Positions 11,048-23,090 of a DNA stretch of 64,000 nt are shown here, one piece after another. A program made the position numbers and the translations under genes. A model generated the notes under the pieces. The model was given only the letters and a program-made list of their open reading frames with translations. It was not told the DNA's origin and searched no databases. Positions within the stretch are counted from its first letter, which is position 1; every line of letters begins with the position of its first letter. Source of the DNA: Cyanophora paradoxa CCMP329 (Eukaryota > Plantae > Glaucophyta); NCBI GenBank assembly GCA_004431415.1, contig QPMI01000701.1, forward strand, positions 3,474-67,473. The letters are read 5' to 3'.

Positions 11048-13403
11048 ATGGCGTTTGTAGCGGGCGCTCCGGCGTGGCCAGGGGCTTGTAGATCAACCGG
11101 TGAATCAGCTGTCCGCCGTGCGACGCGCCTCCGCTGATGCCCGCGGCAGGCAGCGCGACTGCTTCCTGCAGCATCCTGCCAGTCGAACGTGACGCCCCGA
11201 TGCGCGGCAAGCGGTCAGAGAGCACTCGCAGGGCGCGTTTCGTGGCGGTCGATCATCGCGTCGCGCGGATCTTCTTCGGCCGCTCCCTCGCCGAGGCGAA
11301 GCCGCGTCCCTCGGCTGCCCCCGTCGCGTCACGGCCGGCCGAGATCGCCGGTGAGTCCGGCGCCGGGCCGCGTGCGGTCCCCGTGTCGAGCCCGTTCGAA
11401 GCAGCGTCGGGCGCGGGCCCGTCGTCGGTGGCCTTCTCGGAGCCGACGCTCGGGGGCGTGAAGCTGGTACCGGGCGAGACGGTGCTGCACTTCATCGGCA
11501 TCGGCGGCATCGGCATGAGCGCCATCGCCGAGATCCTCACCCGCTTCGGGCGCGCCTGCCTCCCGCCCGGGCCCCGCGCCCCTCCCCGCGGCGGAGCTGA
11601 CGCGGGGCGGGGCAGGTACAAGGTGCGGGGCAGCGACGCGGCGGAGGGGGCGAACCCGAAGCGGCTGCGGGAGCTGGGGTGCGAGGTGGAGGTGGGGCAG
11701 CGGGCGGAGAACATCACGGGGGACGTCGCCGTCGTCGTCATCTCCTCCGCCATCAAGGACGGGAACCCCGAGGCGAGCCCGCCCGCCCACGCCCCCGCCC
11801 CCGCCCCGGCACGCCTCACGCGGCGGCCCGGCAGCTCGAGGAGGCGCGGCGGCGGGGCCTGCCCGTCGTGCACCGCGCCGACGCCCTCGCCGCCGTCATG
11901 CAGGCCGGCCCCGCCCGCCCCCGGCCCCTCCCCCTCTTCGAAGGCGCTGGGCTGACGGGGGCTGGGGCGCAGGTGTGCGCGGACCCGGCGAGGGGCGGGG
12001 CGGTGGCGGTGGGGGGCACGCACGGGAAGACGACGACGACGTCGCTGATGGCCGCCCTGCTCGAGGCCGCCGGCGCCGAGCCGACCGTCGTCAACGGCGG
12101 CATCATCAACGCCTACAAGTCCAACGCCAAGGCCCGCCCCGCCCCGCCCCGCCCCGCCCCGCGGGCGGCTGGGCGGGGCTGACGCGGGGGCAGGTGGGGC
12201 GGGGGGAGTGGGTGGTGGTGGAGGCGGACGAGTCGGACGGGACGTTCACGCGGCTGCCGGCGTCGGTGTGCGTGGTCACCAACATGGACCCGGAGCACAT
12301 GGAGCACTACCTCTCGTTCGACAACGTGCGGGCCGCCTTCGGGCGCTTCGTGCGGCAGGCCCTCGCCGCCCCCAACGGGCGCGGCCTCGCCCTCCTCTGC
12401 TCCGACCACCCCGAGGTCGCCCGCCTCGCCGACGAGTGCAGCGCCGCCGCCACCGGCCGCGTCCGCCCTCCCCCCGCCCCCCCCCGCCCCGCCCCGGCGG
12501 CGCCTCGGGCGCGGTGCGCTGAGGCGGGGCAGGTGGTGACGTACGGGTTCAAGGATGGGGCGGAGGTGCGGGCGACGAACGTCCGCTTCACCCCCGACGG
12601 CGAGGCCTTCTTCGACGTCACCGCCCCGCGTCCGCCCCGCCCCGCCCCGCCCCGCCCGCCCCCTCCCGCCTCACTCCTCGGGGCGGGGCGGGCGGGGCGC
12701 AGGGGCGCGGATGGCGGGGCTGCGGCTGCGGGCGGTGGGGGAGCACAACGTGCAGAACGCCCTCTCGGCGGTGGCGCTCGCCCTGGAGCTCGGCATCCCC
12801 GAGGCGGCCCTGCGCGCCGCCCTCGCCGGCTTCGAGGGCGTCCAGCGCCGCTTCACCCTCGCCGGCCGCGTCCGCGGCGTCACGATCATCGACGACTACG
12901 GGCACCACCCCGTCGAGATCGCCGCCGTCCTCCGCGCCGCCCGCGCCGCCGTCAGCGCGGGGGCACCGGGGGCGCGGGTGGTTGCAGTGCACCAGCCGCA
13001 CCGCTACACGCGCCTCTCGGACCTCTTCCACGAGTTCGCCGCCTGCTTCGCCGACGCCGACGCCCTGCTCCTGAGCCCCGTCTACCCCGCCGGCGAGGCC
13101 CCCATCCCCGTCCGCCCCGCCCGCCTCGCGCCCCGCCCCCTCGGGCGCGCGTTGACGCGGGGCAGGGGGCGACGCACGAGGCGCTGGCGGCGGCGGTGGA
13201 GGCGTCGTGCGCGGGGCCGGGGTCGGGGCGGGGCGGGTGGTGGGGACGATCGGGGCCCGGAGGAGCTGGCGGGGGCGCTGGACGCGTTGGAGCTGCGCGA
13301 GGGCGACCTCGTCGTCTGCCTCGGCGCCGGCTCCATCTCCGCCTGGGCCCGCGCCCTCCCCGCCCAGCTCTCCGCCCTCTGGGACGTGCCCCCCGCCCAG
13401 TGA
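11048..13403 (+). CDS. murC: Plastid-targeted UDP-N-acetylmuramate--L-alanine ligase
   Basis: Transit peptide starting MAFV with an FFG motif. [25 protein letters not shown]-loop, [60 protein letters not shown]. About 10 short introns. Confidence 0.95.
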
Positions 13404-14352
13404 CCCGCCCCGCCAGCGACACCACAGGCCCCGCGCCCCTGCCCCGGCCCCCGCCCGCCCCTCCCGCCTCCCCGGGCCCCGCCCCCGCGTCCCGCCCGAC
13501 CCCTTCCGCGGGCCTCTCTTCATGCCTTGAGACCGCGAGCGCCACCCTCAGTGTCAGGCAAACCCTCCCCAGAACCTTAATCTTTGGATATGGCGATATG
13601 TGTGTCGAACTTCGGAATGAATCTGCTAGCGCCGCCCCGTACGCGTGGCTGGCGTCGAGCTTCTGTGCCACGTTGTGCACCGGTACCCGGTGACCGTCAC
13701 GGCGTGGCGGGGGACTCGGCGTCCGGTCTCAAGCCGCTGATCATGGGCTCGCCGAGTCGAGGCTACGAAGCCTCGCCAGGCCCTGAGGCTCGGGCCGGCG
13801 CCTCGGACCGGGCCGACTCAGTGAGTGGCCATTGGGCGTCTGAGGTCTACCGTAGTACGGCCCGTGGCGGCCCAGCGTCGCTCGAGCGCTAGCAGCCCGG
13901 CAGCCTGGCACTGCGGCAGACTGGCATTTGATCATGATCATGCCATCGACTCAGCGATCATCATGGCATGTCATCATGGCATGTCATGATGATGATCACT
14001 GCAGCTGACTCGTGAGTCGTAATCATGAGAATTCGAAGCCTTCGGGTTTCATGTTCAGGGCTTCGAATTCAAACTTCCAAAGTTCAAGCCTTGAAGGCTC
14101 CGAGGCTCAGCGGCTTGAAGCTCGGAAGGCTTCTCCGAGCTTGAGGTTCCCGTCAATTCGGACTCTCAGAGTCTCGGCGTCAGCGAGGGGACTGGTTCCG
14201 AGTTCGAGGTAAATTCGACGCCGCGACATGCATTATGTATAATTACTAAAGTTACATTAACTAGTGGATTGGATATCGGGGTACAGCGATGGCGATGATG
14301 CGGGCAGACAATCGGGCCGATGTGCACAAGGGGGAGAGGAGGAGGGGAGGGG

Positions 14353-14353
<1 letters not shown>

Positions 14354-14386
<33 letters not shown>
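14354..14386. repeat. Poly-G homopolymer (~33 nt)
   Basis: Run of G visible directly; it lies in the 3' region of the LCIB-like gene. Confidence 0.85.
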
Positions 14387-14438
14387 CGGGTGCGGCGGGG
14401 CGGGGGCGGCGGGGGCCGGGGCGCGGGGCGCGACGAGG

Positions 14439-15943
14439 TCAGAGGTCGTGGCGGGCGCCGGCGACGACGGCGTAGGCGAGCATGGGGTACACGAGGTCGA
14501 CGCTGTGCGGCCCGTGCACCTCCACCCCCGTCAGCACCGCGTAGTCGCACGCCCCCCGCCCCCCGCCGTCGACGCCGCGATCAGGTGCTCCAGCAGCTCG
14601 CCCTGGGCCTCGGCGGCGGCGCGGGTGATCTCGTCGAGGGCGGGGCGGGGGCGCCGGGGGGCGGGGCCCGAGGCGCTCGAAGACGAGCTGGGCGAGCAGC
14701 GACTCCTCGACGTCCTCGAGGTCCAGCGCCGGCCGCTCCTGGCCCCGCCCCGCCCCGCCTCGGTGCCCCGCCCCGACGCCCACGCGCCGCGGGCGCGCAC
14801 GTTCATGAGGCCCTGCGCGTAGCGGGCCTGGATGGCGCAGAGGGCGCCGCAGGCGTGCGAGGGGCGGCAGCGGCCGGCGCGGGTGCAGGCGCCCACGGTG
14901 CCGTCCTCGCCCACCGCGACGTGCAGGAACGCGAAGAAGACGTACCGCTCCCGCCCGTCCCCCGCCTGCGCCCCGCCCCCGCCCCTCAGCCACCGTCGGG
15001 GGGCGAGTGGAGGGCGGGGGGCGGGGGGGCGGGCCAGCGGGGAGTGCCCCTCGGCGGCGGCGAAGGCGGTGATGCCGCCGGAGAGCAGCCCGCCGATGCC
15101 CGCGAGGCCCGACAGGTCGAACTGCAAACGCCCACGCCTCACCCCCCGCGCCCCAGGGAGGCCCGCCCCCGGGGGCCGCGGCGGGGAGGGCGCACGGCGC
15201 CGGCCCCGCCGGGGGTTGTCCACGCCTCCTCGATCTTGCGGAAGAGGGGCTGGCAGAGCTCGTCGCGGCACAGGCAGATCACGGGTATGGACGTCTGCGA
15301 GGCCCGTCGGGCGAGGCGCCGGCGCAGGGCGGGGCGCGGCGTGCAGGGCGCGGGGCGGGCGGACCTGCCTGCAGAATCCGAAGGGGGCGAGCCGACGGAC
15401 CGAGTTGCGCACAAACTCGTCGCGGGTCACGCAGCCGGGGTACAGCTCCCTCACGCGCTCCTCAAACGCCCTGCTTGCACCCCGGCTCGCTCCCAGGGGG
15501 CGGGGGGCGGGGGGCGGGGGGGCAGGGGGCGGGGAGTGGGCGGCGCGCGCGCACGGGATCGTGAGCAACTGGGGGCGAACGACAGAGAGCAGATGCTGGA
15601 TGGGATTCGAACTGAAGGCTCTCTTGACGGCGCGCACCGCCGCCTCCCGCGCCTGCCCCGGCAGCTGCTCGCGCCGCTCCGGCGGAATAGCCACGCAGGC
15701 GCACGATAACTCGATCAGCGGCGCCTGGGGTCGAAGCACGGCTTCCTGGGTCCCAGCGAAGAAAGCTCTCCGTCCGCCTCGGTGCTCTAGCGAGTTCGAT
15801 GCCCTGTCCGGGGAGTGGCGGCCCGGTCGCATGTGCTGCGTACGCGTACACGCTGCGCTAGTCGTGTCTGATGCACGCTGCGCTAGCGCTGAAGAGCTCC
15901 ATTGCGGCGCGCTGCAGCTACAGCTCGCTGAAAAGGCTTCCAT
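14439..15943 (-). CDS. LCIB: LCIB/LCIC-family (theta-type carbonic anhydrase) protein, paralogue 1, predicted stromal
   Basis: Transit-like N-terminus (MEAFSAS..RRAFFAG). LYPG..F, ICLCRDE, FDLSGLAG, AAEGHSP, RYVFFAFLHVAVGEDG, SHACGAL, DYAVLTGVEVHGP; Cys/His/Cys metal ligands are intact. Confidence 0.9.
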
Positions 15944-16811
15944 CGCCCACTCGGGCTGACGATGCGGACGCTGGCGGCGCGCACGGACGCTGGCGGCGCG
16001 CACGAGTACTTGGACGAATTCCGGAATACTGGGACTATTCTTGCGACGTTCTGCCGTCGTATGCGTCCCTCGTCTCTTGGACGCGCTCCTCGTCCAGGTT
16101 AGTGTGCATGTGCTGTACCCGCTTCTCCTCCCCCCCCCTACTCGGTCTGCAGCTCTGCCGGTACCCCGGAACCTTGCAAAAATTGTGACGTCGATCGCGA
16201 GTGGCTCCGATCGCGCACGATCGCGATCGCGCGAACAATCAGCACATGCCTGACTTCTATAAAAGAAGGAATTTACAGACAATAATTATAAATTCAATTA
16301 ATATTCAACGGAGATTGCGCGCACATGTATTTGCATCTGGGTACAGTCAACCCTCATCTATTATACTTACTGAAATAATATATTTATTCTGCATGTCAAA
16401 TTAACAATTTGTGTGTCCAATTTTGGTGAAAAGTACCTGGTTTTATGAACAGAGCTTGTTCACGCGCCCACGGGTGGGAGAGACAGCTTGTGTCTTACCT
16501 AGCTTGCGCGTTCATCTCTTTCGCGCGCGCGCGCGGACACTAATGGATCGGAGAAGGCGCGCGCGCAAGCATGCATGCGCTACTCAGCCTACTCTCACCT
16601 GCGTGAACGTTGCTTTGTTGAGGAGCAGCGGCTGTACATGTGTCGGCGGATCAAATGCAGATATCGATCTAGAGGCCAAGGCCACCGGTACCGCAGCTTC
16701 CTCATCATGAAGGAATCAATGTCCGAGTCAGATACTATGATAGCGATCGCCGCGTCGCACGTGTCGCTTTGATATCGATACGCGCATGCGTACGTCGCAT
16801 GCTAGCCAGCT

Positions 16812-16918
16812 GCAGATCTGCAGTGTTTAGAGGAGAGCAGCACAGCAGATCTGCAGTGTTTAGAGGAGAGCAGCACAGCTGACCGCATTCCTTTCCCTCA
16901 ACAACAACAACAACAACA
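16812..16918. repeat. 33-bp tandem duplication followed by a (CAA)7 microsatellite in an intergenic promoter region
   Basis: gcagatctgcagtgtttagaggagagcagcaca occurs twice, followed by caacaacaa... Confidence 0.8.
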
Positions 16919-16998
16919 AACCCGCAGCAGAATTTGTGTCCGATACGCGATCAGCGAGTCGTCGCCCACGCGCCGAAGTCAGCTGCGAGGATTGCGCT

Positions 16999-19878
16999 AT
17001 GGCGGCGATCGCGGGTTGCCCGTACGCCTTCTCTTCGTGGGACCAGGTCCGAACCGCACTCGCTCGCGCCCGCCTGCGCGCTGGGCGCCCCGGCCCGCGC
17101 GCGATGGCCACCGACCGATCTGCGTCGCGTGCACGTGCGCAGGGGCTCTTCGAATTCTTCACGGGGCGCGGCAGCCGCGCGAAGAAGGGGCCGGCGCGGC
17201 CGTGCGTGCGCGCCGGCGTCGTGAGGAGGAAGCGCGCGCGCTCGACGACCTCGCAGCCCTACCCGCCCTCGGCCCTCTGCGCGTGCGCATGCGGCTGCCC
17301 CTCCGACCCTCCTCCCTCCCCGGCCCAGCCGCCGACGCCGCGGAAGGTCGCCGGCAGGGTACCGGTGCGGGGAGGGGGCGGGCGGGCGCGGGGCCCGGGC
17401 GGCGCTGCCGGAGCTGCCCGACGAGCTGCTGGCGGAGATCGTCGGGCGCCTCGCGCTGCGCGACCTCGCCGCCCTCGCCGCCACCTGCCGCCCTCTCCGC
17501 GCGGCCGCCGCCGCCGCCCTGCCCCTCGTCCGCGTCCTCGACCTCTCCGCCTGGGCCCCCGGCCACGAGGTCCGCCCTCCCCCGTCGCGATGGCGAGCCG
17601 GCGCCCCTCCCCTCGCGCGAGGGTACCGGTGCGAGCGCCGGTCTCCCCGGGCAGAAGCTGGCGGGGCTGCTGGGGCGCGCTGCGGGGGCGCGCGAGGTGC
17701 GGGTGGACTGCTGGAACGTGTACCGCGACGCCTGGCTCGCCCGCCTGCCCCGCCCCCTCGAGCGCCTCGAGCTCCGCAACGCCAACTTCCTCAGCCCCGC
17801 CGGCTGCGCCCTCGTCGCCGCCGCCGCCACGCCCCTCCGCGCCCTCGTCGTCACCACCTCCTACCGCCACGACCTCGGGGAGGCCCAGTACCAGGTCTCT
17901 CCTCCAGCTCGAGCTTCGATTCCCTCAGCTGTGCGGGGGAGTGACCACGAGGGGTGCGCGGGGCGGCAGGACCTCGGGCTCGGGGTGGTGCTGCGCGCGG
18001 CGGCCTCGACGCTGGAGGAGCTCTGCCTGGACGTCCCCGACGAGCGCGGGGCGCTCCGCTGGGACCTCGCCCCCCTGCGCCTGCCCCGCCTCCGCCGCCT
18101 GGCGCTGCGCTCGGCGGCCCCCGTGGACCTCCTCCAGCGCCTCCCCGCCACCCTCCGCTCCCTCTCCGTCTCCGCCGCCGCCTCCCCCCTCTGCGTCCTC
18201 GGTGCCCCGCCCCCGCCCCCGCCCCTCCCCGCCCATCTGACCCGGGGGCAGGGGACGGGTACGTGGAGGCGGTGTGCGCGGCGTGCCCGCAGCTGGAGGA
18301 GCTGGAGCTGGGGGGGATGGCGTGGGCGGGGCGGGGGGCGCCGGCGGGGGGCCTCGCGGGGCTCGCGGCGCTCGTCGGGCCGCCCCCGCTCGCCCTCGTC
18401 TCCGACCGCTCCTTCGCCGCCCTCGCCGTCCGCCCCGCACCCCGTCGCGCGTCATCGCAGCTCATCTCACGCGGCGTGGCGGGCAGCGGCTGCGCTCGCT
18501 GCGGGTGCTGCGGCTGGAGCTGGTGGAGGGCGGGTGGCCCTCGTCGGCGTCGGACGCCGGCGTCGCGCTGCTCGCCGCCTCGTCCCGCTCCCTCGTGCGC
18601 CTCGGCCTCTGCGGGATGCGCGGCGTGGGGGACGCGGCCCTGCTCGCCCTCGCCGCCTCGTGCGGGGCGAGCCTCGAGGAGCTGGACCTCTCGCGCACCG
18701 CCGCCTCGGACGCCGGCCTCGCCGCCCTCGCCCGCGCCTGCCCCCGCCTCGCCCGCCTCGCCCTCTCGTGCGGCCCCCACCCCGCCGCCCCCGCCCCCCG
18801 AGCCCCCGTCTTAGCCCGCGCCCGCAGGCAGTGCGAGCGGGTGAGGGACGGGGCGTGGGGCGGGTGGCAGCCCTCGCGGGCCCCGGGTGCGCCCCGGCGC
18901 CCCTCCCCGCGGTCGCCCGCTCAGCCGCGGCGCGCGCAGCTGGAGTCGCTCGAGCTCTTCGGCTGCGGCGGGGTCGGCGACGCGGCCCTCTGCGCCCTCG
19001 CGACGCACTGCACCCGCCTGCGCCTGCTCGACGCCCGCGGCTGCGCCGCCACCGACCTCGGCGTCGCCATGTCCGCCCCCTCCCGCCTCGGCCCCCGCCC
19101 GCTGGCGCCACGGCTCACGGGGCGGGGCGCGCAGGCTGCTCGCCTCGCCGGCGGCGGGCACGCTGGAGGTCCTCCGTCTCGGCAAGGCCTACAGCAGGCA
19201 GGCCCAGGCCAAGGCCGTCTTCCCGCCCCCCGCCCGCTGGCCCCCCGGACCCCGCGAGGAGGGCCCGCGCCCCTTCCCCCCGGCCTTGCCCTCCGTCGTG
19301 GTGGTGCCGGGGGGGACGTACCCCCCGGGGCTGCCCCTCACGGACGCCTCGCTGGCGCTGATGGCGGCCCCGGGCCGCTGCGCGCGCCTGCGCGAGCTCG
19401 TCCTCGTCGACGCCGCCGTCACCGACTGGTTCCTCGAGCGCGCCGCCCGCTCCCTCGGCGCCCTACAGATCCTCCAACTCGTCGTCCGCCCCCGCCCCCG
19501 CCCCCTCCCGCACGCCTCGCCTCACGCCCCCCGCAGAAGTGCGAGCGGGTGACGGGGGCGGCGCTGCGGCTGCTGGCGGCGGGGGCGACGCGGGGGTCGC
19601 TGCGGGAGGTGCACCTGCGGGACAGCGGGGCGCGCGTCGGGCGGCGCGAGGTGGAGGCCCTGCGGGGCATGCGCGCCCTGCGGCAGGCCCTGCTGCCCTG
19701 CCGCGAGACCACCGCCATCCCCGCCCTCCACGCCTCCAACCGCCTCCTCGACGTCTGCTTCTACTCCCTGCCCCCGCCCCTGCCCCTCCTCCCGCCCCTC
19801 CCCCGCGCCCCCTCCGCCTGGCGCCGCCCCGCGGCCGGCCCCTCCTCCCCGCTCCCGCCCCGCCCCTTCTCCGCTTGA
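16999..19878 (+). CDS. F-box/leucine-rich-repeat (RNI-like) protein
   Basis: F-box LPELPDELLAEIVGRLALRDLAALAATCRPLR. Cys-containing LRRs such as LVRLGLCGMRGVGDAALLALAASC, LEELDLSRTAASDAGLAALARACP and LESLELFGCGGVGDAALCALATHC. Confidence 0.85.
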
Positions 19879-20589
19879 GCCGAGCAGGTGCCGCCGCGAG
19901 CGGCCCCACGGGCCGTTGCGCGCTGCCCTACGGCAGCTTCAGAGCCTGGCCCCGCTGTTAACGATGCCGCATATACATGCATATGCCTTTTTCCTTGCAA
20001 TTGTCTGTATTTTTGTGGACCGGACCGCTCTCTAGTTTCAAGTTTCTTATTTCCGAGTTCGGGCCCCGGGGCCGCCTCCGCCGCCGCTGATAACGAGTTC
20101 TTCGAGTTCAGCGATCGGCGTGTATAACTAGTACTATAATTTCATCCTAGTCGCGCGTACGTTTCTGCTGGGTTCCACGGATCGCAAGGCCAGCCATAGC
20201 TAGAGCTAGTAAGCATATATAGGAAGCATTGCACGCTAGACCTGCTTCGTAGATTGTACACGTTGATATCTGCATCACGCTTCTCATATCGCTATCATAG
20301 TATACGTATCCTCATACCGTCGCGTACTGACTCAATACTGAGTTACCGATCGGCGAGAGATGCGATGCGCGATGGCCCAGCGCTAGCCGCGGCCTCGCTG
20401 GCCATGGGGCGGGGAAGGTCGAATGATCGACACGAGCGGCGAGCCCTTCGGAGTGGCGCTGGCCCATCGGATCAGCCTGGCAGCCTGGCAGCCGCTGAGC
20501 GCTTCGGCGCGGGGGGCGGGGGCAGACGGCTCGGGGCGGCGGGGGCCGGCTTGGTGCCTCACGAGCGGTGAGTGGCCGGGAGCAGGAAG

Positions 20590-22955
20590 TCAGGCGGCGG
20601 CCTCGCGGCGGGCGTCGCGGAGGAGGGCGCAGGCGGCGGCGAGGGAGGGGGACGCGGGCTGCACCAGCGCCAGGCCCCGCGCCGCCTCCTCCAGCGGCCC
20701 CACCGCCCCCGCCGCCTCCCCCGCGTTCCACCGCAGCTTCCCCAGCATGAACAGCTGCAGCAGCAGCAGCGGGTGCAGCGCCGGGTACAGCTCTGCCGTG
20801 TCGAGGTCTTAGGGGGTGCAGCGCGGGGTAGGGAGCGGGGGGTGGGGGTAAAGCGCGGGGAGGGGGAGGGGTAAGCGGCTGAAAGACCTCGGTAGGCGTC
20901 GACGGTGCGGGCGCAGTGGTGCGCGGCCGCGCGCCAGTCGCCGGCGTCGATGCAGAGCTGCCGGCGGGGGCGCCTCGGATAGATGCGATGCAACGGTCGC
21001 GCAATCCTAGGGGCGGGGGGCGGGCCTGCATGAGGGCGGCGTGGGAGGACCAGCGGTCGACGTCGCACGGGTCGAGCCCCGCCGCCTCCGCCCCCCGCAC
21101 CGCCGCCTCCAGCCCCGCCCGAGCCGCCCCTCGTGCCCCCCGCCCCGTCAAGGAGCCGCCGCCGCGCAGCGCGCGCGCAGAGCAGCTCAGAGGCGGAGGC
21201 GGCGGGGGTAAAGGATATTCTCCTCCGCGGAGACCCCCGGCCTGGCGAGGGCGTCGGCCCGCTTGCGCGCCGCCTCGACCGCCGCCCGCGCCCTGGCCAC
21301 GGCCTACCCCCGGGCGGGGTTGGCGGGGCCGGGGCGGGGCGGGGCCGGGGGCGGGGCGGGGGCGCCTCGGGGCCTCGGCGGAGCGCTCGGCGGAGACGAG
21401 GCGCCCGTCGGCGGCCCCCGCCTGCGCCCGCCCCGCCCCGCCCCGCCCCCGTCAGCCGCCCCAGGCCGGCGGCGGCGGGGCGCAGAGGCCAGCGCGGCGG
21501 GGCGCACGGGGTCGGCGGCGCAGCGCGGGCAGGCGCAGTCGAAGTGGTAGCGCGCGCGCAGGTCGGCCCGCCGCCGCTCCCGCGGCAGGCCGGCGTCGAC
21601 GTACGAGTGCGTGAGCTGCGGCGGGGGCGCGGATCGGAGGCGGGCGGGGAGTCGGGGGGGGGAGGGGGGGGGGGGGGGAGGGGGGGGGGGCTGGGGACCT
21701 CGGCGCCCGCGGGGAGGTCCCTGAGGGCGCGGACGAGCTGGCGGCGGCCCTCGTAGAGCACCGCGCAGCTCGGCTCGCAGCTGCCCCCGGCCCCCGCCCG
21801 CCCCTCTCAGCGCCCCCCCGCACCGCACCCGCCGCCCGGGGGCGCTCGGAGGGGGCGGGCCTGTGGTTCAGGAGGGCGCCGGCGGGGAAGACAGCGGCGC
21901 CGACGGGGAAGAGCTGGTCGTCCTGCACCGTGAAGTTGTTGCCCCCGAACTGCGCGAGCGCCCCCCGGCGAGGCCGAGGCCCGGCGCCGGCTTTCAGCCG
22001 CCGGCGGGCGGGAGGAGGCGAGGCGGGCCGCACGATGCAGAGGAGCTCGACGGGGTCCACGCCCGGCGCCCCCGCGCCCCGAGCAGCGCCGCCGCCTCCT
22101 CCGCCGCCGCCCCGTGCCTGCCCCGCCCCGCCCCCGCCCCTCTTCAGCGCTTCGACGCGGACGCCGGCCCAGGCCGGCGCGGAGCCGGGGGCGCACCTCG
22201 CGAGCGCCTCGGAGCCCTGTTGCTCCCGATCTGCGCGGAGGGGACGCGCGCCGGCGCTCCGTCAGGGGGACGGCGGCGGCGGAGGCGCGCGCGGGGAGGG
22301 CGGGGGGCGGGCGCGAGGGCGGACGGGAAGGGAGAGCGATGAGGGATTCGAAAGAGTCCCACGCAGAGGCTGCCGGCTGCGCGGCACGCACGCGTCAGCC
22401 GAGGCCCTGCAGCTGAGCTCGCCAAGCCCGCGCTGCCACGCATCCGGCGCGCCGCGCTGGAGGAGGGTGCGGGAAGGGAACACACGCACCGCGCCCGCCA
22501 GCTCGCGTAATCGCCGCCGGATGGTGCGGGCGAGGAGGACGGCCTCGGGCGAGGGCGGCGGTTTCCTCGCCGCGATCGCCGAGCACTCAGGCTTGTGCTC
22601 CGCCCAATGCTTCCGCTGGTCGAATATATCATCCATCAAATACTACACTCCGAGAAATTCGTACCTGACAGTCGCGCGAGCAGTACCACACAAACTTGCA
22701 GGCGCTTATCGGGCGCGCGTACGCATTAGGCGCGCGTGCGGGCGGCTGAAGCGCACGCGCGCGCTCGAACCTGCACTGAAGGTCGCACTCGCCGCGGAGG
22801 CAAGTGCTGCACACTTTAGGCGCCGGCAGATCGGCGTACGGCATTGTCGAGAACACTAGGTCGCCAGCGCGAAGCGCTCGCCGAGCAACCACCGCGCGCC
22901 CTTTGTCGTTGTGCACGACGGACGCGCTGTCCGATAGGGGGCCGGGGGCAGCCAT
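20590..22955 (-). CDS. SET and MYND domain lysine methyltransferase (SMYD family)
   Basis: KGRAVVARRALRAGDLV; MYND finger CSTC..CKFVWYCSRDCQ|RKHWAEHKPEC; LLNH|SCEPSC; RALRDLPAGAE|LTHSY; YHFDCACPRC; helical C-terminus YPALHPLLLLQLFMLGKL. Confidence 0.9.
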
Positions 22956-23090
22956 AAGCTCGCCCGCCTGACGCCCAATGAGCTCAGGCCAGCAGATGCG
23001 GGGGGATACCCTCGCGCAGCTGCAGTCCTCCATACGAGTGCAGCGCGGATCCCGGAGCGGTTGCTGATTCTACAACATTCGTCAGAAGCG

